Shown: positions 46,075-54,365 of the stretch, piece by piece
How the letters are laid out: the number at the start of each line of letters is the position of its first letter
Numbering within the stretch: the first letter of the stretch is position 1
Virus record (IMG/VR): IMGVR_UViG_3300011855_000001
Coordinates: 1 to 64,000 of that record
DNA length: 64,000 nucleotides
Direction: 5' to 3' (one strand)
From: an uncultured virus (IMG/VR IMGVR_UViG_3300011855_000001)
Taxonomy: Duplodnaviria; Heunggongvirae; Uroviricota; Caudoviricetes
Notes under the pieces: model-generated
Databases searched by the model: none
Told to the model about the DNA's origin: nothing
What the model saw: only the letters and a program-made list of their open reading frames with translations
Position numbers and translations under genes: made by a program

Positions 46075-46602
46075 ATGAATATCTTTCGCCGCATCCTGAA
46101 TAAAATCTTTGGCATCCCACCAGTGCCACCAGAGCCGAAGATCGAGCCGCCAAAGTTCGGCGGTGATTTCCCGCGCCCTGTCTCCGTAACGATGAAGGCT
46201 ACCCAGACCGTCAAGCAGGATCCGATGGCTGCGGCGGTCGCCCGCGCAAAAAGGGACGCGGAAAAAACTGCCGTAAAAGGCAAAGTCAGTAGCGCGAGCA
46301 GCAGCTCCACCACAAGCCCGGTATATGATCCACTAATGGATCCACTTAACCCATTAAGCCCGTTATATGTTGGCGTAACAGTTGAGGAACCGCGCCACCG
46401 CGTACAGCATCAGGACGCGACGACGATCAGCGATACCACCCACCGACACGTCGCCAGCCATTCTGAGCCATTGCGCAGCCAAAGCTCACACAGCAGCAGC
46501 CATTCGAGCCATGACTATGGCAGTAGCCACTCAAGCCACAGCAGCCACGACAGCGGCAGCTATGACCACGGCAGCAGCCACCATAGCGGCAGCGACTGGT
46601 AA
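46075..46602 (+). CDS. hypothetical protein with a His/Ser-rich tail
   Basis: GAGGAG RBS; DPLNPLSPLY motif; SSHSSHD repeats. Confidence 0.75.
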   Translation: MNIFRRILNKIFGIPPVPPEPKIEPPKFGGDFPRPVSVTMKATQTVKQDPMAAAVARAKRDAEKTAVKGKVSSASSSSTTSPVYDPLMDPLNPLSPLYVGVTVEEPRHRVQHQDATTISDTTHRHVASHSEPLRSQSSHSSSHSSHDYGSSHSSHSSHDSGSYDHGSSHHSGSDW

Positions 46603-49218
46603 TTAGCCGTCACCTTTCGAAATAAAGCCGGAGCAGCCAATATCCTCCGGCTTCACCAGCATCATGATCTCATGACAGGATCCGGTCTCCGGGTCGTAGT
46701 TAATACAGCGACCGCAGACATCCCCGCGATACTTCACGCTGTTCACCTCATCCATGTAACTCACCAGCGTCTGATCGACGCCGATATCCAGCGGGCTCAG
46801 TCGCTCGATCTTCACCTGCGGGGCATCCGGCAGAATAAACGTGCTGGTACCGTGCGCACGACTCCATGCCACATCGCACAGCAGGTTTGCGTATGAGAAG
46901 TGGGGATCGATGCCGATTTTCTTGACGCTGCGCTTGTACTGGTTCGTTTCCTCGTCTTTCTCAGCCACCAGCGCCGTTTTGGTGAAGTGGGTGAACATGA
47001 CCGGGGCAACGGCTTCCATACGCGTGACGCCCTTCTCACGAATCTCCTGCACCAGTCCCTGAGGGTCAGGGATGAGGCAGATCGGCTCGTCGGCAGTGAA
47101 GCGGGCCATGGAGACCTGCATACACTTATACTGGTCGATGCGGACGGTGTAGCGATCCTGCTCCTCCTCGTCGGTGCGCACATCAGACTTGTCCAGCTTC
47201 ATGCTGTCATTCCACTGGATCATGCCATCCGCTACAGTACCGAAGCTATTACAGATGAATACCCGGCCTTTGTGACGGTTGGCGAAGCGCTTGGCGTCGT
47301 TGTAGTTCGGGTTGATTTCCACCACGCAGCAAGCCACGCCGTACTGGTTCATCAGCTCGCTACAGCGGGCAAACGGGTCATCGCTGTAAATCATTTCGAT
47401 GTGGCAAATTGCTTGGTGACCGGATGGCAGTCTTTCTTTGATAACCACCACGTTAAACTGGCCCATCTGGTCAATGCCCATGTAGCAGTTGTCCGCGCGA
47501 GACTTCCACTGCACGCCAAAACGCTGACCATGCTTAACGCAATTAGCCAGGTGCTCCAGCGTTACCGGAACCAGCGACGGATCGAGGAACGGCTTGCCCA
47601 GCTTACGGTTATAAAAGTTTTTCATATCCGTAGCGTTGTTGAATGCGGAAATAATCTCGCCGGGGCTGATTGTCGGTGACAGGAACTGCGGGAAGTGCGC
47701 CGACCGGATGCAGGTTTCCCCCTCCTCATTCTCCGGCGCGTCCGGGATCCATTCACCGCGCTGCGTGTCCTCGATCCAGCCTCCGCAGCTGTAGCAGACA
47801 TAACGATGGCGTCGGGTGTCCGGGTCGTACTTGATGCACTGCGGGAAATAATCATCCAGCGGTTTCTTTTCGAGGCAGTGCGGGCACTCGGTATGGAAAC
47901 GGTACTGGGATCCCAGCTTGTACCAGTGGTGGATATCGGAGTCGGGCCAGTTGGCGGTGGAGCCCATCAGGCTGTAACGGATCGGGGATGCTGACAGACG
48001 TTCGCGGGTTTTCTCCATCTGCTCCAGCGACATTTCCTGCACCTCGTCGAAGCTCAGGACATCCATCGGGATGGATTCTGTAGTCGCGCGGCCCGATGTC
48101 CAGCTGAATACAAACATCGCCTCACCGATGCGACGGGTACGCACGTTACCTTCACCCTTCTTGCGCCCGCCCCCTTTCTCATCGTCCTGCACCATCAGCG
48201 CGTGTACCTCAGGTACGGTGCGCACAATCGGCATGAAGCGCTCAGAGGACTTGATCCCCGCCAGCGCGGCATCCGGCAAGAACATGCCGATAGTCATCGG
48301 CTGGAAGCGCAGGCCAAGGTAAATCACGGCGAGCATTTCCATGACGGTAAAGCCCACCTGCGCACACTTCATCAGCACCAGCGTTTTACGGTACGCCTCC
48401 TCGACGGTACTGGGGATCTGGTCGTAAATCCACGCCATCGCCGGGCGGTTGTCCAGCTTGAACGGGCGACCATCCACTTTAAGGCCCGTTTCGCCCAGCC
48501 GGATGCACCACTCCAGAAAGGTCTCATTTGGCTTGAGGATTTTCTGCGAGGCGGTCAGGACAAAGGTCGTATCGAGGAATTCAGCATCATAGCGCTGGCG
48601 CTTCTCATCCCCGGTCGTGCTGTCCATTTTCTCCAGGAATGCCGCGTCGAGGTTATGGCGGTTGGTCTCGGTCGGCACGCGGCGGCGGAACCAGTCGGCG
48701 TCCAGCTCGGCCTCCATCCACAGCCGATAAAAGTCGTGATTCTTCCCGTAGGCCCCGGAGAGGAACCATGCGCTGCCGTGGTACTCGCGCAGGCACTCAG
48801 CCAGCGTATCGCCCCACAGCTGCATGAAGTTATAAATCTCGCGCACATCGTCGATGATCATCAGGCCATACTGCCCGTTGACCTCTTTCATGCTATCAGC
48901 CGCATAAAGGTCAATGTACTGGCCCGACAGCAGCGTGATGCGCCTGCTGGTTGAGCTCTTGATAAGCGGATCGATGGCCTGCACGATCCGGGTGCGCACC
49001 TCCATAAGGTCTTTGTACGTGGCGCTCATCCACATCGCCGGGGCAGGGTTATTCATGATGCCCTGTTTCCCAGCCACCAGCGCCTCTATGCCAAGCGTTG
49101 TTTTTCCTGCCTTCTCGCCCATGGCAATAACGTTAAAACGCGCCGCACGGTCGATACAGACCTGCAACGCGTCATTGAGAATGGGCAGCTTAATTTTGAC
49201 GGTCTTTTGGCGTGCCAT
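46603..49218 (-). CDS. terminase large subunit (GpA-like) with an extra N-terminal degenerate ATPase domain
   Basis: KCAQVGFT, FDEV, GST, MGIDQ, DPHF; N-terminal GEKAGKT and IIDD. Confidence 0.85.
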   Translation of the reverse strand: MARQKTVKIKLPILNDALQVCIDRAARFNVIAMGEKAGKTTLGIEALVAGKQGIMNNPAPAMWMSATYKDLMEVRTRIVQAIDPLIKSSTSRRITLLSGQYIDLYAADSMKEVNGQYGLMIIDDVREIYNFMQLWGDTLAECLREYHGSAWFLSGAYGKNHDFYRLWMEAELDADWFRRRVPTETNRHNLDAAFLEKMDSTTGDEKRQRYDAEFLDTTFVLTASQKILKPNETFLEWCIRLGETGLKVDGRPFKLDNRPAMAWIYDQIPSTVEEAYRKTLVLMKCAQVGFTVMEMLAVIYLGLRFQPMTIGMFLPDAALAGIKSSERFMPIVRTVPEVHALMVQDDEKGGGRKKGEGNVRTRRIGEAMFVFSWTSGRATTESIPMDVLSFDEVQEMSLEQMEKTRERLSASPIRYSLMGSTANWPDSDIHHWYKLGSQYRFHTECPHCLEKKPLDDYFPQCIKYDPDTRRHRYVCYSCGGWIEDTQRGEWIPDAPENEEGETCIRSAHFPQFLSPTISPGEIISAFNNATDMKNFYNRKLGKPFLDPSLVPVTLEHLANCVKHGQRFGVQWKSRADNCYMGIDQMGQFNVVVIKERLPSGHQAICHIEMIYSDDPFARCSELMNQYGVACCVVEINPNYNDAKRFANRHKGRVFICNSFGTVADGMIQWNDSMKLDKSDVRTDEEEQDRYTVRIDQYKCMQVSMARFTADEPICLIPDPQGLVQEIREKGVTRMEAVAPVMFTHFTKTALVAEKDEETNQYKRSVKKIGIDPHFSYANLLCDVAWSRAHGTSTFILPDAPQVKIERLSPLDIGVDQTLVSYMDEVNSVKYRGDVCGRCINYDPETGSCHEIMMLVKPEDIGCSGFISKGDG

Positions 49219-49233
49219 TGTGAATCCTTGGGT

Positions 49234-49254
49234 AAAAGGGCCCCGAAGGGCCCT
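49234..49254 (-). terminator. terminator between fibre 2 and terminase
   Basis: AGGGCCC-TTCG-GGGCCCTTTT. Confidence 0.65.
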
Positions 49255-49262
49255 GAATGGGT

Positions 49263-52184
49263 TTATTTCTTGAGGTCAGCGATACGTGCTTTGGCTTCTT
49301 CTGGATTGGTCAGCGCCAGCTCCAGCAGGTCTACCAGCGTTTTAATCGCTTCGGTGTGATACGCGGCAGTTACGCCGGAATAGTTCAGGGCCAAGCCATC
49401 CTGCATAACGCTACCATCAGCTCGCGGGATTTCCGTCACCTTCACAGCCTCCGGGCACCAGTCCTGCACATCCTGTGCAATCAGTCCCACCTCGCGCTCG
49501 GTCTGACCTTCTTTGAGATAGGTCAAGCCCCGCCAGTTAAGAACCGCTTTGAGTGGCGTCTGCACTGGCCTCAGATCTGATTTAATGCGGATATCTGAGT
49601 TGTTGATATACGCTCCCTGAGCCACCAATGCACCATCAGGGTTAAAGCTCCAGTCACGGTAACTGTTTGCAGTACCATCATCACGGGTCGGCGTGATACG
49701 CAGCAGAATGCGACCTAATGATGTCCCAGAGTCTCGCGTGGCTCCAAGTCGCCACAGCGCGTTATACCATTTACCTTGTACCCAGTTAACGAAAGTGCCA
49801 GCTCCAATAGTTCCGGTCGCGTTATTAAGTTCAATATCGTTACTCTCATATGCTCGCACTCCACAACCACCACCCGCAGCAGTATGCAGATCGTTACAGG
49901 TAACGAGAGCGGAAATATCCAGCCTGTTTCCTGTATATGGTTTAATGTTGTTAGCCAGCAAATAACGTGGCACCGTCAAGTCACCATTGGTATCAAAGAT
50001 GAAGTTTTGGAAGTCCCCGGAAACCTCATTTTTTGCCTGAATGACAGCCATGCCCACGATAGATGATTCAGTGGTGGCATATCTTCCGCTGGCTACCAGC
50101 GAGGCCGAAAGTTTATCCGCGCCACCGATGGTATAGCGGGAATAGACCATCCCGCCCAGCACGCTCGTATTAGCACCCGGCGCGGTAGCATCACCAGAGA
50201 TCACGCTGAAATTGGTGTTCGCTGACTGGAAGGCACCAGAGGCGCGGATGATCCAGATGCCGACTGCCGTATTAGGACGGATCTCACCAGCGGAGCCTGT
50301 ATACACCTTGTCAGAGCGGGAGGCGTCAAAGGTGACTATTGTATTTCTTCCAGAGGAGTTTCCGGCAATGCTTCCAAAGTTTGCAGTTTGAGCCACATAT
50401 GGAGCCACCATTGAAAATGGCCCTGTAGCTCCATCAAAAATACTCAGAGACCTTGCATATGCTGGCTGTAAATTGCCCGTGATATTAGGTGCAGCAGACT
50501 CACGAACCTGTCCAACGTTAGCCGATAGGGAAGGCGCGGAACCATTGAGGAACGTGTTAGTGATAGAGCCAGTCTGCCCACCGTTAAGATCCGGCACGCG
50601 GAACGTGGTTGAACCATCCCCAAGGGAATAACTGCCACGGTTGTAATAAAACGATCCGCGCGCGTTGCTTGACTGCGTATTCCATTGCGCTTCCGTTACA
50701 GAGTTAAGGAAGTTGCTGGAGATAGCGGCCCAGAGGTCAGGGTAAGCAGAGCGCTGCAACGTCTGACCATCAGCAGCAACATAACCCGGTGGCAGCTTCG
50801 CACGCGAGCCGTTGAACCATTCGACCGCACCGATAAAGTTATTCAGCACGCCATTCATCGTCGGGCCAGAGCCGCCTGAGTTTGCTTTCAGCTGGCGCAG
50901 CGTAACTGCATCATAATCTCCTGCTGCGTCGGCATTCAGCGTAAGCGGGCCTTGCAGACCTGTCAGCTGGGTGATGTCACTATTAACGCCAGACTGTGCC
51001 CCTTTTCTCCAGTCGGTGAATACGCTGCCATCATAGCTGCGCGAAGCAATACGCCCACTTTTAGCGATGTAAACCTGAGTGACGCCACCAGATGCGCCGA
51101 ACGGGAATACAGTCAGCTGACCGGGCTCATCAAACGGGAAGTTGTTGGCTGCAACAGCACCAGCAGCACTGGTCAGAGATACCACGCCATAATGCGCCGG
51201 GAGAATGCGGTCATTCAGGTTGATAACCGTTGAAATGCCATCCATCTGGGCGACGGCTTTCACTTCGGATGCCGCAGGCGGGTTATCGCTGGTATACATC
51301 CGGCGTGGTGCGCTCCAGTTGGTCGTCGTGCGCGTGATGCGATAAACCCACGTTGGCGTCGCTCCCTCAGACGCGAAGATAAAGACAGTCGATGAGCGAT
51401 CCTCGTTGATGCCCTCACAGTGGATGCGCCACGCTGTAGCACCAGCGCCAGTGATGGTCGCTGGGAAGCCGTTGGCAGTAGTCGCATCAGCGGCCTTCAC
51501 GCGCATAGTTTCACCTACGCGCCAAACGTGCGAGGTGATCGTGTCTTCGGTGGCAGCGAAGTCGAAGTAAGGCAGTTTAATGCCCATAAGGCCAGCATAA
51601 CCCGCTGTGAGCACCGCGCCGTCGCGGGTGATGGTTGGACTGGCTATCTCCTGATCGGTCAGGGAGCGGGCGATATTCAGCGTTACGCCTCCGGTAGGCT
51701 GAGCACCGCTGCTGTGTGTCCAGTCGATTGTTGCACCGTTACCCGCGATCAGTAGGCCAGTCCATTTGCGCGGCGCAGTGCTCGGCGCGATGTTAAACCA
51801 GATCTCATAGGTATCTGCTGCGACCTCCACCAGCTTACCGCCAAGAATGGTCGCTGAATTCGCGCCAAGATTGGTCTGAGCAGTAACGGTGATGCGTGCC
51901 GGATCACCGACAGTGGTCACAGAGCCGTCGCCTGTCTGCATGACAATGTTGGCGAAGCCAGTACCAGTTACCACCATCAGCGTAATGGCAATTTTGCCCT
52001 GCGCGAGATTGGAGATCTTGCCCATCTTCTGCCAGCTATCTGACGTGATATCCCAGTCAGTGAGCATCACGGCATTTTTATCCAGCATGGTCAGAGCATC
52101 GGTCAGCTTGCCCACATCAATTTTTAACGGGTTAGTCAGGTATGGGACAGGAAGCCCAAGCCGGGGAGTAGTTTTGTCCACCAT
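49263..52184 (-). CDS. tail fibre 2 (paralogue of fibre 1)
   Basis: Shared TPRLGL N-terminus and collar segment; SDIRIK...GLIAQDV chaperone motif. Confidence 0.85.
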   Translation of the reverse strand: MVDKTTPRLGLPVPYLTNPLKIDVGKLTDALTMLDKNAVMLTDWDITSDSWQKMGKISNLAQGKIAITLMVVTGTGFANIVMQTGDGSVTTVGDPARITVTAQTNLGANSATILGGKLVEVAADTYEIWFNIAPSTAPRKWTGLLIAGNGATIDWTHSSGAQPTGGVTLNIARSLTDQEIASPTITRDGAVLTAGYAGLMGIKLPYFDFAATEDTITSHVWRVGETMRVKAADATTANGFPATITGAGATAWRIHCEGINEDRSSTVFIFASEGATPTWVYRITRTTTNWSAPRRMYTSDNPPAASEVKAVAQMDGISTVINLNDRILPAHYGVVSLTSAAGAVAANNFPFDEPGQLTVFPFGASGGVTQVYIAKSGRIASRSYDGSVFTDWRKGAQSGVNSDITQLTGLQGPLTLNADAAGDYDAVTLRQLKANSGGSGPTMNGVLNNFIGAVEWFNGSRAKLPPGYVAADGQTLQRSAYPDLWAAISSNFLNSVTEAQWNTQSSNARGSFYYNRGSYSLGDGSTTFRVPDLNGGQTGSITNTFLNGSAPSLSANVGQVRESAAPNITGNLQPAYARSLSIFDGATGPFSMVAPYVAQTANFGSIAGNSSGRNTIVTFDASRSDKVYTGSAGEIRPNTAVGIWIIRASGAFQSANTNFSVISGDATAPGANTSVLGGMVYSRYTIGGADKLSASLVASGRYATTESSIVGMAVIQAKNEVSGDFQNFIFDTNGDLTVPRYLLANNIKPYTGNRLDISALVTCNDLHTAAGGGCGVRAYESNDIELNNATGTIGAGTFVNWVQGKWYNALWRLGATRDSGTSLGRILLRITPTRDDGTANSYRDWSFNPDGALVAQGAYINNSDIRIKSDLRPVQTPLKAVLNWRGLTYLKEGQTEREVGLIAQDVQDWCPEAVKVTEIPRADGSVMQDGLALNYSGVTAAYHTEAIKTLVDLLELALTNPEEAKARIADLKK

Positions 52185-52217
52185 TTCCGGGATCTCTCTT
52201 GTTCAGGAATAGCGGAT

Positions 52218-52233
52218 ATTCTGGAATCACTAC
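52218..52233 (-). promoter_or_regulatory. variant late promoter motif
   Basis: GTAGTGATT-C-CAGAAT. Confidence 0.55.
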
Positions 52234-52241
52234 GGGGAAAT

Positions 52242-52265
52242 AAAAAGCCCGGACAGTGCCGGGCT
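52242..52265 (-). terminator. intrinsic terminator
   Basis: AGCCCGG-CACTGT-CCGGGCTTTTT. Confidence 0.75.
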
Positions 52266-52272
52266 GGAAGGT

Positions 52273-52527
52273 TTACCACTTGAATTGTCGCTGCTCGTCC
52301 TCGCAAGACTCGAACAGCTTATGCACGCCCCAGTAAACAGCCCCGGCGACGACGACCACCATCACAAGGCCCATCAGCATGGATCCGAATCCCAGAGCCG
52401 CGAGGCCAGAAGTGATGCCTGCTGCACTCAATCCTGAAACCTTCCCCAGAAGGCTGATCAGCAGGATAGGCGTTCCTGCCGCTGCTGCACCTGCTGTGAC
52501 TTGTTTTGCCACTGTGTACCCGTTCAT
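52273..52527 (-). CDS. small Gly/Ala-rich membrane protein
   Basis: GLSAAGITSGLAALG glycine-zipper-like segment plus a TM. Confidence 0.7.
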   Translation of the reverse strand: MNGYTVAKQVTAGAAAAGTPILLISLLGKVSGLSAAGITSGLAALGFGSMLMGLVMVVVVAGAVYWGVHKLFESCEDEQRQFKW

Positions 52528-52955
52528 TACCGCCCCTTTTTATGTGTCGCTGAGCGGTGCTGTCCGCTGTAGCGATGATTTCCGTATGCCTGCTCGTCAC
52601 GCCAGTTAATCTGCTGCTGACGCTTACCGGAATAAGCGGAGTAAGGCGGTTTTGGCTGGAGTTTAGCCATTACATGCCAAACGTCATAGCAGGCATCATG
52701 GAAACGGCGATCCGTTGTCGAGTCCTTGAAATTGCTGTACATCATTTCCGCGACGTACTGCGCCAGCATAGCTTGCAGCTCCTCGCGGTTGACGATCACT
52801 CGGAACTGATAATCGCGGTGATCGTGCGTGACCACTTCTTTGGTCGGGAAATATTTGTTCAGATGCTCTTTACGGCGAGCACGTACTTGGATCACTTCCG
52901 GGTCTTGCTTGTCTACGACAGCAGACAGGAAGCCATCAGATAAAATCAGCCACAT
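52527..52955 (-). CDS. conserved phage hypothetical protein
   Basis: MWL..DGFLS.V, VRAR, DY.FR, YSNFK pattern; GAGGA RBS. Confidence 0.75.
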   Translation of the reverse strand: MWLILSDGFLSAVVDKQDPEVIQVRARRKEHLNKYFPTKEVVTHDHRDYQFRVIVNREELQAMLAQYVAEMMYSNFKDSTTDRRFHDACYDVWHVMAKLQPKPPYSAYSGKRQQQINWRDEQAYGNHRYSGQHRSATHKKGR

Positions 52956-52992
52956 GGCGTATTCCTCAGGGTTGGATTGGTTAACTGCTGAG

Positions 52993-53021
52993 ATAATACG
53001 TCATGCGTGCCGTATGGTCAA
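52993..53021 (-). promoter_or_regulatory. early sigma70 promoter with palindromic operator
   Basis: TTGACC-17nt-TATTAT; ATACGTCA-TGCG-TGCCGTAT. Confidence 0.8.
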
Positions 53022-53881
53022 TCTTTTTTCTTACCTAAATACGCGTCAAGCACCATTTGATCGGGCTTCATGTTCATTAGCTCGCGCAGCTTGTCTTTTG
53101 GTACCAGCTGGACGGCCTGCGTTTCCCAGCCCATCGCCACCGGGGATCCTCCGACGCGCTTCGCCAGATACATGCGAGAAACGGACGTGGTGCGCTCAAA
53201 GTCACCCAGCACGCCAGTGATCTCGATTTGTAGCCCGGACTCCTCCCATGTCTCTTTGATGGCGTTCTGCTGGAGCGTGAGCCCCGGCTCAGTGCCACCC
53301 TTCGGGAAAGTGTTCTGGTAGCCGCCGAAAGCGTTGGTCGGGCTGATAATCCACACGCGACCGTCAGGCTCCTCAATGATGACGCCGGACGCTGGACGCT
53401 TCCCGGCTGGTACCATTAACGGCTGCTCGGTCATCTGTTTGGTGCCCTTCACAAAGGCCCAGCCCGCGTCAGTTTTCGGTGCGCCAGTCCACGGCGCGAC
53501 TGGGACGCCATTCAGCTCCTGCGGTGCTGCACCATTAGGCGTGAAGGTGGCCACCTCGTTGCTCGCGGCCCACGTTGGCGCTTCGGTCGGTTTGCTCGGA
53601 TGGTTAACCACGACGCGGTTGCCCTTCTCACCCAGTCGCGGATGGTGGACAATCTTCGTCGGTAGTCCTTTGCTGGCGGTAGTCCTGTGCGTGCCATACG
53701 GCGTCGTGGGCAGCGCTGGCTTGCGGTAATAGGCTTTCTTGGCCTGAGGCTTCGAAGGCGCTTTTGGGGCCGCAGGCGTATCAGGTTTGGCTGCTGCCTT
53801 CCCGTTGTCGTGCGGCTTCACCCATACGCCATCGCTCCGGCGATAACCCTTCACCTGCGCTTTCAGGAAAAGTTTAGTCAT
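53018..53881 (-). CDS. Nudix hydrolase with an N-terminal LFLKA-VKGY motif
   Basis: FPKGG...NAIKETWEESGL Nudix box; GGAG RBS before ATG 53881. Confidence 0.85.
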   Translation of the reverse strand: MTKLFLKAQVKGYRRSDGVWVKPHDNGKAAAKPDTPAAPKAPSKPQAKKAYYRKPALPTTPYGTHRTTASKGLPTKIVHHPRLGEKGNRVVVNHPSKPTEAPTWAASNEVATFTPNGAAPQELNGVPVAPWTGAPKTDAGWAFVKGTKQMTEQPLMVPAGKRPASGVIIEEPDGRVWIISPTNAFGGYQNTFPKGGTEPGLTLQQNAIKETWEESGLQIEITGVLGDFERTTSVSRMYLAKRVGGSPVAMGWETQAVQLVPKDKLRELMNMKPDQMVLDAYLGKKKD

Positions 53882-54356
53882 TGCCTTCCACTCCCAGCAT
53901 CCATTGCGCCATGGATTCGACGCTGGACTGCACGCGGGCGGCGATTTCGGCATCCTTCCCGCCCTTGTCAAATGCCTGGTAAATACTGATCGCAAAGCGG
54001 GCCATCGCGTGCGCGACAATCAGCGCGGGATCCGTTTCATCCTTAGCCAGCCCCTTCACGTTCTGGATCCAGCGCGGCAGCGCGAAGTCATTCCAGCCCG
54101 GCAGCACGCTAAAGCCTGCGGTTTTACCCACAAAGATGTTAGCGGTGTTCAGCGCCTGCGCCCGGTCGGCTTCCAGCGCTTCTTTCTCAGTCATCTGGTT
54201 GGCCTGCACCTTAGCGATGCGTCCCACGATGTCCTTGGCGAAGTTATTCAGGATGGTGCGTGCCACGTTGATATCGCCCAGATAAACGCTGCCATCAGCA
54301 GCGTTCAGACCTTCGATAAACCACGTTGGATCAGTATGTCGGTTCAATTCAGCCAC
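53874..54356 (-). CDS. hypothetical helical protein
   Basis: Coupled between the giant protein and the Nudix gene; GTG start. Confidence 0.7.
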   Translation of the reverse strand: MAELNRHTDPTWFIEGLNAADGSVYLGDINVARTILNNFAKDIVGRIAKVQANQMTEKEALEADRAQALNTANIFVGKTAGFSVLPGWNDFALPRWIQNVKGLAKDETDPALIVAHAMARFAISIYQAFDKGGKDAEIAARVQSSVESMAQWMLGVEGND

Positions 54357-54365
54357 AGAGCCCCC

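Noticed and set aside
45651..46313. ORFs 45651-45980, 45893-46153 and 46056-46313
   Set aside because: They overlap the tRNA, the terminator or a better-supported gene
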